Source: Owenia fusiformis
Lineage: Eukaryota
Direction of reading: 5' to 3'
Length of the DNA stretch: 64,000 nucleotides
NCBI GenBank assembly: GCA_903813345.2
Contig: CAIIXF020000001.1
Span: 4,402,001-4,466,000 of the forward strand
Position numbers and translations under genes: made by a program. Positions 35,785 through 47,898 of this stretch are shown here, piece by piece (the stretch's first letter is position 1; each line of letters opens with the position of its first letter). Below the pieces are notes generated by a model. It made no database searches, had not been told where the DNA came from, and was given only the letters and a program-made list of their open reading frames with translations.

Positions 35785-38700
35785 ATGGGCCAAGCCAGGA
35801 GTCACATGACCAAAAACAATCGAGAGCATTTGAAAGCTAGACACAAGCGTTCAGTTGATAATTTACATACACAGCCAGTAACCACCAGTGTTGATTTTGG
35901 GTCACAGACTGATTTATATATTAATCCAGAGATCAGAGGGTCACCAAGGTCAGCTGATAGCACACCAGATATTGTTGGCCACACGAGTGCTACACAATTG
36001 AAACAACGATTGTTGAAAGAGATTTATAAAACACCATGGACGCTTGAGGGCAGACGTAAACTTCTGAAACATATCATAGCTGTCTATCATCCAGAGTGGC
36101 AGCTCAGACATAGTCGTTATCGTAAAACAAGAAAAATGACCAATAGACGTCTTCTTAAGTATGATACGTTCGATAAGTTGAGTCGCTCGCAGTCTTATGA
36201 ACATCTGTTTGATGAACAGTTGGAGAATTATGATAAAGACAATTACAGCTCTAATAATCTCTTCAGATCTAAATCAAGTGAGAATCTTCCCGAGGATGTT
36301 ATTATTGTGACTGAGAGACCACAACATTTAGTTGGTCCACCTAAGCCAAAGAGACTTGCACAGAAAGATAGACACTGGCTGGATTGCGTTGATGAATATT
36401 CAAAAACATATGGAGGTGCAAAAGTGAAGACTTCTCCATTGAACTCTTCTTCATCAAGCAAAGTAATAACCACTAGGCATATTACAAGTGATAATCCATC
36501 ACCTGGTAAAACATCTTTGAAACAAGGACTCATAAAGGTAACCCCTGTGAATAAATTACAACCAACTAGACCTTTAACAAAGCCCAACAAGACAGAGAAG
36601 GTTACATCATATTTGACACTTTCACCTCAACAGCCAAAGAGGTTAGCAGTAAACCCAGTGTTACCTGCTAGATCTGGTAAGAATCAGAGAATAACATCTA
36701 GAATATACACTTCAAATATGTCTACTAATCCAAACAGTGAACAAGTCCAGAATGATGACAGCTCTACTCCATATGCCACTATTGATCATAGCATGTTTAA
36801 GCAACAGGGCCAAGGGAGTTCTGTGCAGCATGTTGGGAACGATAATAATATTGACAATAAGGTTATTTATTCAACAGTGAACAAATCTGGTGAATTACGT
36901 GATAAAGTTGAAATTGAGGAAAAGACTGTCACTGAAGTTGCAGATCAGACTCTATTTGCGATGGACAAAAAAGCATTTGCACTAATGCAAGAAGCCCATG
37001 ATATAGCTGATGGAAAGAAGAAATTCTTTTTTGATCAAGTTGATAAAGTTGAAAATGGTTCGTCTACCCAAAATGAAATGGACATGGTGGTCACTGACAG
37101 TCAAGGTCACACAAAGAGACTCCGATATTCTGACAATAAAGCCCCAGCTGATAACAATGAATCTCATTCTAACTCTTATCATAGTGTCACAAAAGTCACT
37201 CAGAACCATGTTGATTTGGATGCAAAGAATGAAGTTGATCTGACCCCTCCTACACCCCCAAGTCCTGGCAGTGGAAAGATGTCCCCTAAGGTGAGCTTCT
37301 CTCCCAGTATTGAGATCATTCCTAGAATGGGGGAGGAAGAAGCATTTGCTAAGTCACTAGAACAACAGATTTCGCAGCAAAGAGGCAGCATAGAAGATCT
37401 TGCTACAGCAATGGATGACCAAGACATCACCATTGAGGAAGAAGAGGAGGTAACACAACATAAGGCTACTATTGAACAACCAGAGAGTGTCACCAACTGG
37501 TCTATTTATCCACATAATGGTTCAATCAGCACGCCAAGTGTCTCTCTGAAGTCATTTGGTTCTCAGGAATCACTGAATTCTACTAATGCTATTGATGGCT
37601 CAGACTCCATAAGAGATGACTCATCGTCTTCTCAGAAGTACAACTACATGGAAGTGAAAGGTTCAAGTAGCAATGTGAGGGAAGTTTCAAGATCACCAGA
37701 GCCCAAGTTACCCCCTTTGCCACGTGTAGAGGACTCAAAATCGCCAGAACCTGGGGTTTCTCCTCTGCCACAGTCACCTCATGTACATTCCCCACAACGA
37801 ATTGCTTCCCCATCTAGTGCACCTATCAGGTCATCACCACAGCATGTTGAACCCACTGGGCAATCCCTTACTGTACCACGACGTGATTTATCCCCAGTCA
37901 ACACATCCTGGGTTGAGCCTAGCCCCCACGTGTCAACCGGAGCGAGTACATTGACGGCAAGCACAGTGACGTACAACCAACATGACTCATGTAATGATAA
38001 CGTAAATGTACATATATCTCAGCTGTCACCATCAACCGCTAATCAGGCCCTCGAGGCAACATATTCTGAAGTAAAGCATGCAAAGAAAGTGCCTATCAAA
38101 GTTGAAGTGACTAAAAATAAATTCAATCGATCTACTATCAATGCAAGTGTATCTCCTTACAACTTGAACGATGTAGTTCAACCCAAATCAACATCAGTCA
38201 GCACTGTCCGACATGAACCTGTGTTTTCCAAACCTTATATTCAAAATAACAAAGTTGACGTTGAGATCAAACACGTTGGTTCCCCACAGAAAGTTAAAAC
38301 AGAAACAGTCAGCATGGCTGTTAGTGATGAACTTGAATTGAAGTTTAAAAAACGCAGAGGAGCTGATCGGGAGCATTTTAATAAACCAATAGAGACTGTT
38401 GAGATTTCCTCACCACCTGTTCAAAGTACAAGCACCTCGTCTTTAAGTTCGACAAGTGGAGCTCATGATAAAACATATGTCACCGAGACACTGAATAAAA
38501 CATATGTCGCTGAACCATGTGTTACGTATGAGTTTAGGCCGAGTGTACATACCCAGACGCACCACGACGATCAAGATATCAACGTTAACACGCAACATCA
38601 GCATATTAATAGTAGCAATACAGAAGAAAGAAACCTCCACAGGAGTGAAATACAGTTTCAACCAAATAAAGCGTCAATTGCCTCTCAGTCGAGAACAATA

Positions 38701-39930
38701 GAATCTATCAAGTCTCAAAAAGAACCATATAGACGTCCAGGAGAAGTGATAATTGAGACTCATTGTACGAGTGGTAACGTTAAAGCTGTCAATGAAAGCG
38801 GTGATAAACTAACGCGTATTAACCCAACATTTGCTGTTGGGGATGACGAGCCTTATGGTATTCATGTAACTGATGTTAAAACTGAACGCACCGTTAAAGA
38901 ACCCCGACCCCCAACTGATTCTCCTAAACTGGATCAACTGAAAGAACTTCACAAACAAATAACGCTTTTATCAGGCGGGGCAGCCCATGCGCAAGTATCA
39001 TCTCAAACTGACCCTTCTCACGAAGCTCGCATTGACATTCAGCCACGTCCACTTCTTGATGGACATCCACGCCAACATAACCCTCTCGTAGAACAGCTAG
39101 AAGAGATAATGGCCGAGATCGAGTTGAAAAGGAAACAACGTGAACTTACAGAGCAATCACGTAAAAGACCGGATATGGCCGAACGGTTCCACATTGAAAA
39201 TCAACTGAAGAAGGATTACGGTGGAACTGATAGTGAGCCAAAGAAATCACAAAAGTTGGTCGTGCTAAGATCATCAGAAGACTCGACGTCTGATTTAGTC
39301 CCTGCTCAGCCAGAGGGGGAAATTTCGCATGATTCGTTTGCTGAAGAAGAAACTAATGTCACATACCAATCGGTGACACAGCAAGATGTTGGGCAAAAAT
39401 CAGGAAAGACGAAGGATATGATGAAAGTCACAGAGGTGAAGGTTGAAAAGGTGTACAAGACTGTTGAAATTTTACCAACAGGGGAACAACTAGATGCCAT
39501 TGAAGGAAGAAAAAGTACAATTTCTCAAGAAATGTTAGAATACGTTAACCAGAAACAAGCAGAAGCTGCGGCCCAAAGGCGATCTCAAACATCATCATAC
39601 AGTGAATCGTCCGAGTTCAATAAATACAATGGTGCAGACGACACCACTAGAGGGCGAACTGACTCTAACCACAACCATCAAGAAATAGACGAGGACTTAC
39701 TGAGGGAAATATTACGACTTCACAAAGAAAAGTCATCTAGGTTCAAACCAAGAGAATACGATGAAGATGAGCAGTCTATTTACCTCAGCGACGAAGAGCC
39801 TGATGAAGTAGAAATTGAAGGAGTGATTTATAAACGCATGCACCCTGACTTGCGCATGTTGACGGCAGAGGAATTAGAGGCGTACGTCAGGCAATATATG
39901 TATGAACATACGAAAAGTACAAGTTTGTAG
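35785..39930 (+). CDS. Large uncharacterised S/T/P/E-rich, probably disordered protein, about 1381 aa, single coding exon
   Basis: 4.2-kb uninterrupted ORF (open from 35716); first ATG at 35785 after an acceptor ttgtttttcag (35731); candidate upstream donor aag|gtgagt at 34880. No TE motifs and no family recognised. An upstream coding exon cannot be excluded. Confidence 0.8.
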   Translation: MGQARSHMTKNNREHLKARHKRSVDNLHTQPVTTSVDFGSQTDLYINPEIRGSPRSADSTPDIVGHTSATQLKQRLLKEIYKTPWTLEGRRKLLKHIIAVYHPEWQLRHSRYRKTRKMTNRRLLKYDTFDKLSRSQSYEHLFDEQLENYDKDNYSSNNLFRSKSSENLPEDVIIVTERPQHLVGPPKPKRLAQKDRHWLDCVDEYSKTYGGAKVKTSPLNSSSSSKVITTRHITSDNPSPGKTSLKQGLIKVTPVNKLQPTRPLTKPNKTEKVTSYLTLSPQQPKRLAVNPVLPARSGKNQRITSRIYTSNMSTNPNSEQVQNDDSSTPYATIDHSMFKQQGQGSSVQHVGNDNNIDNKVIYSTVNKSGELRDKVEIEEKTVTEVADQTLFAMDKKAFALMQEAHDIADGKKKFFFDQVDKVENGSSTQNEMDMVVTDSQGHTKRLRYSDNKAPADNNESHSNSYHSVTKVTQNHVDLDAKNEVDLTPPTPPSPGSGKMSPKVSFSPSIEIIPRMGEEEAFAKSLEQQISQQRGSIEDLATAMDDQDITIEEEEEVTQHKATIEQPESVTNWSIYPHNGSISTPSVSLKSFGSQESLNSTNAIDGSDSIRDDSSSSQKYNYMEVKGSSSNVREVSRSPEPKLPPLPRVEDSKSPEPGVSPLPQSPHVHSPQRIASPSSAPIRSSPQHVEPTGQSLTVPRRDLSPVNTSWVEPSPHVSTGASTLTASTVTYNQHDSCNDNVNVHISQLSPSTANQALEATYSEVKHAKKVPIKVEVTKNKFNRSTINASVSPYNLNDVVQPKSTSVSTVRHEPVFSKPYIQNNKVDVEIKHVGSPQKVKTETVSMAVSDELELKFKKRRGADREHFNKPIETVEISSPPVQSTSTSSLSSTSGAHDKTYVTETLNKTYVAEPCVTYEFRPSVHTQTHHDDQDINVNTQHQHINSSNTEERNLHRSEIQFQPNKASIASQSRTIESIKSQKEPYRRPGEVIIETHCTSGNVKAVNESGDKLTRINPTFAVGDDEPYGIHVTDVKTERTVKEPRPPTDSPKLDQLKELHKQITLLSGGAAHAQVSSQTDPSHEARIDIQPRPLLDGHPRQHNPLVEQLEEIMAEIELKRKQRELTEQSRKRPDMAERFHIENQLKKDYGGTDSEPKKSQKLVVLRSSEDSTSDLVPAQPEGEISHDSFAEEETNVTYQSVTQQDVGQKSGKTKDMMKVTEVKVEKVYKTVEILPTGEQLDAIEGRKSTISQEMLEYVNQKQAEAAAQRRSQTSSYSESSEFNKYNGADDTTRGRTDSNHNHQEIDEDLLREILRLHKEKSSRFKPREYDEDEQSIYLSDEEPDEVEIEGVIYKRMHPDLRMLTAEELEAYVRQYMYEHTKSTSL

Positions 39931-42900
39931 AGATCTAGATGAACATCGGACCTTTTGATGAGTTGCAAAATCGTAGATGTATGTATCACGTACTGGCCAG
40001 GGAGTGTATAGCAATGATAACTTTTGTATATAATATAGTAATGGAAAGTAAAGACCTGCATACAATATTGAAACGAAACAATAAATGTAAATATACAGTA
40101 CATATTTTTAAGAAAAATATATAATGACAATAACATTGATAAGACAATGTGATTAAGCTTATAAAGGAACAACCAACACATGTTACTTTTTTCAATGACG
40201 TTTACTTCATTTTCATAATAAGCATCTCTACGATATTAAATTGTTAAATTGAAATCATCTGCTTTATTTTTAAGGGTCTCTTTTTACTATGCTAATTCTG
40301 TTCAGATATTGGTAAAGATGATTGCCAATTTTGTTGCAAATACAAGAAACTTATTCTACACTAAGTGTACTAAATGAATAGCATTAAAAATAAATTTGAT
40401 ATCTATTGGCAAAATGAATAAACGGGGATTTTGTTACGATATACTGCGCTTGTTGATTCCCAACAATTTATTTTTCAATGATTTTATACATTTAGTACAC
40501 TAATTGGAGGATAAAAAGAATATCCTATACTTTTTCGTGTAAATATCAAAATGACCTCGTAGATAAAGATGATATTCCTCAAAATCATAGGATATTTTAT
40601 AAATATTAAATTAAGATGGACGGCCTTTGGGACCGATCATATAAAAATATTACATGAAATATACGTACACGTATACATATACGTACATTATTCAAGTATA
40701 TCAAACTATCGGACTATCTGATCGCATTGTGTATAAATAATAGATGTAAATATGAAAAAAATATATTTTGGTGTCAGTTATAACGGTGTTTAGACGTTAT
40801 GTTCTTATTCTTGGCAATGGCCATGGGTATGTTTAAAGCCCAACAAGGAATGTGCTGTGTCAGACCCACCTGTCCCAATCGTAATAATAGAGAGGATAAG
40901 CTACACGTTTTAAGCCAAGGGAACTTGTGCGTGAAACTGTCCTCCTTTCATATGGGTTTTCCAGGGACCAAATTACAACTATTTTCCTCGTTCCTTTATG
41001 CCCAACGAGGCAAGTAAATACTTCAAAGGGGAGGGGCTATACCGAGATGACCATAATTCTACCCAAGTTCTTATAAACGTATAGCTTTACCTCCCTCAAA
41101 ACGGAGACATTGAGAAACACCAATGCCTATCACATCGGTGGATCTTCTGTCTTCTTGTGATTACGATCGCCAGATTAAAGGTTTTTATATCATTCCAGAT
41201 CATATCTTTCTGTTATTCAAATTCAGTTGATATGTTTCATATTATATGTTGGTACACTATGGTTATGATTATGCTGATTTTTCAGTTTCGAAATTCTTCA
41301 TGAAAATGAAAATTCACTTTTACGCTATTGATCTACATAAATATAAAAGAGTTAGTGTATAAGATGTATATTATTATGTCTTATACAATTCCCATTTGTG
41401 CTACACGAGCAAAGTTAAAAAATAGATTTTAAAATCATCATCATAGAGGGTGGGATAAAAACACTCATATTTTCATTGGCGATAACTAGTTGTCCCTCAA
41501 ATAACACAGGTGTAAAAGGGTAGGAGGTCCCATCAAATTATGGTCCTACTCTCCATTGATTTATATGGTGACCTAAATACAACTCTTTCCCTCATAATCT
41601 TATACACAATCAGGGCCAGTAAGGGCCGTTAAGAAAGGGGACCATAATCCCTGGGGGACCATCATTTCTTTCACACCGGATTGGCATATTATCTAATCTG
41701 TCATAGATTTTGAAATTATTTGCAGACAAAAATGGATCACAAGAGAATAAGACGAAGAACAAATAATCAAATAATTCGACATTATGAAAATGGTACTAGT
41801 TGAGCCATGAAAGCCCATGGAGCCATGAGCCTACAAATTATAAAGCTCTTCAGAACTCAGATTAGACTTTGGTAATCTTACTGACCAAAAACAAAACATC
41901 CGACTCGTTGATTTTTGACCCTAGGAATATGGCCTACCAGTTTTGTTTTTCTCGAATTTGCACTAGTCCATGGAATGTTCCTTTTTGGTTTCAACACACT
42001 CCGAAATGCTTCAATTCTAAAAGAGTTGAAACTTGAATATATTATAAATTGATTGCTGCACCTCTATTGCGGGATCCACAGCCTTACCCCCCTATCACAC
42101 GTTTTGACGATCACCCGAAAATTTTGAGCATGCTCTAAGTGCTGGAGGATCTACTCGTTCTAGTAGTTTCATGAAGTTTGTAAACAGATCCCAAATGGTT
42201 CTTAGTGGGTTCTTAGTACGTCAAATCCGTTCGTGCACAGTTTGAGCCCGTTTTCGAGAACGTAGTGAGAACTAGTTTGGTGTGATAGTAGGGTTATCAT
42301 CCATTGGAACTTTCAAGCCTTAAGCTTAAGATTGAAGGGCAAAATATTATTGAAATCCATGCAAAATGAAAATATTGACGTTTTGGAGCCACCCCCCCCC
42401 CCTCGGCGATGAATTTGGTGAAAAGCATGCAAAATTGGCAAAGGATAGGTATCGATATGGTGAACTGAATTCAACAATGTATTTCTCTTTTTAAATCAAT
42501 TATTGAAAACATTCTGTAAAAAATACGGTCCTTTATGTAATGTTGACTGATTGGCAACAACTTAATGCAAAAATTATTTATCATCTTTTGTTTTTAATGC
42601 ATTTGTTTTTTGTTTCTTTCTACCAATTCTTGAGAATGAAATAAAATGTCTATCTGAACCTTGTTGGAACAAAATAGCATATGCAACACTTTCTAAGACC
42701 TCTCAATATTATAGGTTTACAAAATGAAAGGAGGGCGAGTTGTTTGTAGAATGAATCGGGGGATTTTTTTCATGAATTTTGCTTATGTTTTTCATCCCAA
42801 AAACATCAATACACTTTAAAACATTTTGTTTACTTTAAGATTACACCATGTAATCCAAAAATATATTTCTCGTTTTCAAAGATAATCCATGGATTAACAC

Positions 42901-43686
42901 CAAGATATTTTTATTTTTCAAACTTCAGAGGGCTGGGAATCATTGATGCTCAACGCTTTTGAATATGATAAATGCTGTTTTAAATAGGTTTTACGTATGC
43001 CAATAATTTCTCAAATTATGTAAGCTGAATGCATTCCATAATCCCTAGAATATTCTCTTGGAGGAATCCAATGGTAATCCAATGGTAGTTTCAAGCAGAT
43101 TTTTAGATGGCAGGTAAGTAAATTCTTTAGTACTCGCCTTATTGGGTTGAGTTAGTTTATATTCAAAAATTATATATGATTCTGGAAAGATGTCAGTGTG
43201 GATGCTATATAGATTGCACACGTATGGTAAGCTGTATAATCCTATATTATGTAATACAAGTACAGTTTTGGTTGACATGATTGTGACTGAGTGAGAGATT
43301 AAACTCTTTAAGGTAGTTCTGCATGTTGATAATTTTTACTAATTTTGGTGATGAATAAATTATCTGATAATTATAAATTGGGCAATATTTTTGACATTTT
43401 AAGTGGATATAAAGAATTATGGTAACATACACATGGACCATGCATACACATACAATTACAAATGTGAAAATATTGTCCCTTTCATTGATTATCGGTATTT
43501 ATAATCATGAAAATTATTAAAAAATATCGAGACATGTCTACCTTAAAATCAGATTGGCTTACAAGTACCCTAAGCTATTTTCACATTTTTATTGCAAGAA
43601 AATCTTTTTGCAAGGGTTACAAAGGTTGAAATTTTGTGGTGGCTCCATTGTGGGATCCACAGTCTTTACTATCCTTTTGGAATAGT

Positions 43687-43775
43687 TCTCAAAAACGTTA
43701 GGTAAAGAGGGACTCTGATAAATCAGAATGCTCTCAAAAACGTTAGGTAAAGAGGGACTCTGATAAATCAGAATG
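43687..43775 (+). repeat. Two-copy tandem duplication, 45-bp period
   Basis: tctcaaaaacgttaggtaaagagggactctgataaatcagaatg occurs twice. Confidence 0.9.
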
Positions 43776-44164
43776 TGGTGGCTCTATTTGGCTGGAGTTT
43801 AATATTCAGACCTAGCTATAGGTATTATTACATTTATATGTACACTAGTATCTTGTTGACCTATATTCAGCACTGTATTGATGAATGGGCCACTTATTAG
43901 GGCCAATAATCAATCATAAAGTGTACAGGGGTAGAGATGCCAAACCAAGAAGTCTTTTTGTGTCTGTCAAAATCCATTTGCATCCTACACATCCCAACAT
44001 ATTATCCAAATATGTTATTAATTAATGAAACATAACAGTATAATCTTTGGATTTAGAAAGTTGTATGGGATTTCATTAGTATAAAAGTTGCTTTTGAAGC
44101 ATTTATCTATAGCCATTTTGTAGGAAAAACTGATAGAAAAAATGTATAATCTTTTAATTTGAAG

Positions 44165-44267
44165 TATGACCTGAATCGATTGCAAACTTTATATTTGCAC
44201 ATCTGATGTGATATACCATTTGTGTCATACTGTGAAATTATTTAATTTGCAATCGATTCAGGTCATA
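44165..44267. repeat. Small hairpin/mini-MITE with 22-bp perfect inverted ends
   Basis: TATGACCTGAATCGATTGCAAA ... TTTGCAATCGATTCAGGTCATA. Confidence 0.7.
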
Positions 44268-47200
44268 GTGTATTTTAGGTATTTTTGTGAAAATCAATAG
44301 AAACCAATGGCCTATATTGGAATTGATGATATTCACATGTTAAGTCAATGGAGCCCATTCAATTGCAAGTCAATACACCCTTGCTGAACTAAATGACCTC
44401 AACCTCAGTCCATGTGGGTCCAAACGCTCAAATATTTTCCACAGTATTATGTGACATTGTATTCTTTATGTTACACCTCATCCTTGGCCCAAGAGTAATT
44501 CATTGCATTACATTATTATTATGATCTGCTATGAAAGCAGTGAAGGACCGATCTTGAAGGATGGTTACACCTAAAAATGATTCATTTTGTTCATGGGGAT
44601 ATCATAATGGAAAGTGCACTAGACCCTTATTGTAATTGTATGATATCGTATTTGTGATTTGAATATACACTATGATATTTGAGAAAAGGAATGTTTTGTT
44701 CTAGTTTCATTGCAATTTATAACCCTAATATCCTTCCCAGAATCCTTCCTTGTCTTCCAATTTTCTACTAACCTCAGAAGTTCCTACTTTTTTAAAAAAA
44801 TACAATTTTCCATGATCATTTATATGTCACCACCACAAGTGGTGACATATTGCTATGGTCTCAAACTTTTTTGTGGACGGTGTTCAGTGGTTGGTGTTTA
44901 TCATTTGGCAGTTGGTGTTTGGCAGTTGGTGTCTGTAACAAATGGCAGGTGTTGACATTTTGCATGTGAATGCCTTGTCTTATAATGTAGCCAACTGCAA
45001 TGGATGTAAAACGGATATAGTTAACTAATACATTTCTTGGCATCAATTCAAATCATATGCTAATTTTAAATGAAAATGCTTTTTTTCATGTTTTACCACT
45101 CATAAATGCCATAATATCTCGATGTCACATTCAGGAAAATATGGCTATCAACAAGTTTTGAATTCTTACAATCCTGGAAGTTGTACATGTAAGCGTACAC
45201 ATCTGTCAGTTCAGTTTATGTGTAAAAGTTAATCCCATAAGCCTTAATACCTGATGCATGAAATATTATGAATGAGTTACATAATATGTACTCGTGCTAT
45301 TTAGGTAAATGTTGTGCTGTTTCACCAGATTTGACTGACATCTTTAAATAACAACAATTTGATTTGATGATCAGACAGCAACAAAACATATTAAGTGGTC
45401 AAGACAAAAGAATGTTATTATGATAGGCATTCTAGGGATTAAGGAATGCATTCAGCTTACATAATTTGAGAAATTATTGGCATACGTAAAACCTATTTAA
45501 AACTGCATTTATCGTATTCAAAAGCGTTGAGCATCATTGATTCCCAGCCCTCTGAAGATTGAAAAATAAAAATACCTGGGTGTTAATCCATGGATTATCT
45601 TTGAAAATGAGAAATATATTTTTGGATTACATGGTGTAATCTTAAAGTAAACAAAATGTTTTCAAATGTATTGATGTTTTTTGGATGAAAAACATAAGCG
45701 AAATTCATGAAAAAAATCCCCCGATTCATTCTACAAACAACTCGCCCTCCTTTTGGTTGATTTAACAAAAAGTATGCAAAAACTTAAACAAAAAGCCCCA
45801 AGATAAATAAAAATTAAGACAAACAAGATGCTTTTTTCAAATCAACAAAACTTTCCTTTGTACAATGACAATATTGAGAGACATGAACACGTTGTGTTTA
45901 TGTCGTTTTGTTCCAATGAGGTTCGGATAGATGTTTCATTTCATTCCGAACATATGATACCAAGAACGAAAGAAGTGTCTGATGTATTTTCTAAAACAAT
46001 ATAGAGAAAAGTATGCATATATAATTATAATGTTACCAATTACCATCCAAAAGATGACCAAAAATTGACGATGTGTAAGATTTTCAGAATGTTTTGATGA
46101 CTGGTTTAAGAGAAACGCGTGTTCAAAAAGTTCACCATATCGATACCACGCCTTTGCTAATTTGTAATGTAAAACATGTAATATTAATTTATGGAAACCT
46201 TAGACTAGCAAGGGGGGGGGGGGGCAAATTTTGAGTCAGAAAAAAATTGTGGGCCTTTAAAACCAAAATTGGGCCCAAACTTTGACAATTTAAGGCCCAC
46301 TTTTGGCCAATTTATGCCCAAAAAGACCAATTTTTGAGGCCCATGACCCACATGGATCCGCCAGTGCCTAGTGTCAGCGGAAATGGAACATCAAAAAACC
46401 AAAGCCTACATTCAGAAAGTCGAAATTACATAGTGCAAACAGAAATCAAAAATATATGTAAAATAAAACCTTTGATAGTAAAATCGTTCGATGACGTAAG
46501 CTTAATACAGGCTGTAGATCGTTAAACATGAACAAAATCTAGACGGTCACTGAAAAAAATCCGCCGATCTCACCAAAAGACGAGATGTGAAACGATCAGG
46601 TCAAAACAAATAATAGCTCCTTCCAAAATAAGAACTTTCATTCTAAATCGTGCACACGTCAACATTATGTTGGGACATTTAGGGTCAGTAAACCCTTGAT
46701 TGTATCCACGGGATGGGGAATAAACACATTTAGATTTGTATTCTTCGGGTAATAACACAGTCACTAAATATTGCGTTCATATTAATATATATTATAATTT
46801 AGTTAACTTCAATTTGCTTATAACTGTAATTTATTTGTAAAAATAAATGTATCAAGATAATATACGTCTGTGGAAGCCCAACTGTTCTGGGCTACCCAAG
46901 TGTTCTGACTCTTGCCCAACTGTTCTGACAACCCAAGTGTTCCGAAATCGCTTATTTTATCATATCTTATAATTCACAAGAGAGGGTTCAAAAAATAAAC
47001 TGCTGAAAAATGCCCAGGATGAAAAAAGAGAGTCCTAAAATGTTGGCTCCTTGAAAGTGTTGACCCAATTTTTAAAGATATGGACCCAATTTTTAAAATC
47101 GAGGCCCATTTTTTCTAAAGGCCCATTTTCCAAAATGATGAGGTATGTTCCTAAAATTGAGACCCAGCCTAATTATATTGATATATTCTGTCTAAATATT

Positions 47201-47898
47201 CTATTGCTCAAGAGTGTCCCATGGTGCAAAAGTCGAACAACCGAGTATTTTACATTCCCCTATGCCCGGGTACCCTGTTAGTTTATATGAATAAATGGAA
47301 AGCCCTTTGTGCTCGAGGCAGCCACATTATAAGTGGTTTCATTAGCATAATTTCAACAGTCATCTCTGTAGAAACCTAAAATTGATATTAGAAATTGAAA
47401 ATCACCATATCGAGTGCATTTGATAAAATAAGTAAACCCAAACTACTTGGTCCAAGTCAGAGTAGGGTCTACTTCGGCAAGAGTCGGAATACTTGGGTAG
47501 CCCAGAACACTTAGGTAGGCTTTAGGCTAATCTAACAAGTAATTATGTAAACTTTGTATTGGTGAATATACCATAACCTTGCCTATGGTAATGGTTTTTA
47601 TCGGAAATGTTACCAAAAAAACCCATAGAACTTCGAACATAGAATCATGGGCTTTCAATTACTCAGATGCGAATAGTTAGTTACCAATTTCGCCACCAGG
47701 TGGCTGATTCGGGGGAAATAACATGGCAGGGTATTGCAAAATTCCCTTAAACTTGAGTATACCGATCAGTTTTAGTGGTACACTTTTCACATTACCCCTT
47801 TGTATCTGATAGTTATACAAATTAAAAAATGTCCAGTAAAAGAAAATAGTATCTGCCCAACACAAGAAAAGATATTTCACTTTTTGTGATTTTACAAC

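Larger units (their letters stand above)
42430..46165. repeat. Long inverted repeat pair (about 42430-43051 and 45430-46165) around a 2.4-kb spacer; probable DNA transposon remnants
   Basis: 42729-43051 is nearly the reverse complement of 45430-45752; weaker homology continues outward (ggtatcgatatggtgaac / gttcaccatatcgatacc). Confidence 0.75.

Noticed and set aside
3348-39500. Many antisense or alternate-frame ORFs overlapping real exons (e.g. 3348-3650, 10150-10485, 18860-19210, 36243-36590)
   Set aside because: Shadow ORFs of true coding sequence, with no independent signals.
40799-41017. 72-aa ORF with a hydrophobic start and cysteines
   Set aside because: No recognisable motif, promoter or partner exons; size expected by chance.
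41808-47658. TGAAAGCCCATG ... CATGGGCTTTCA as termini of one large element (motif also at 12315-12340)
   Set aside because: Only a 12-bp match and no TSD identified.
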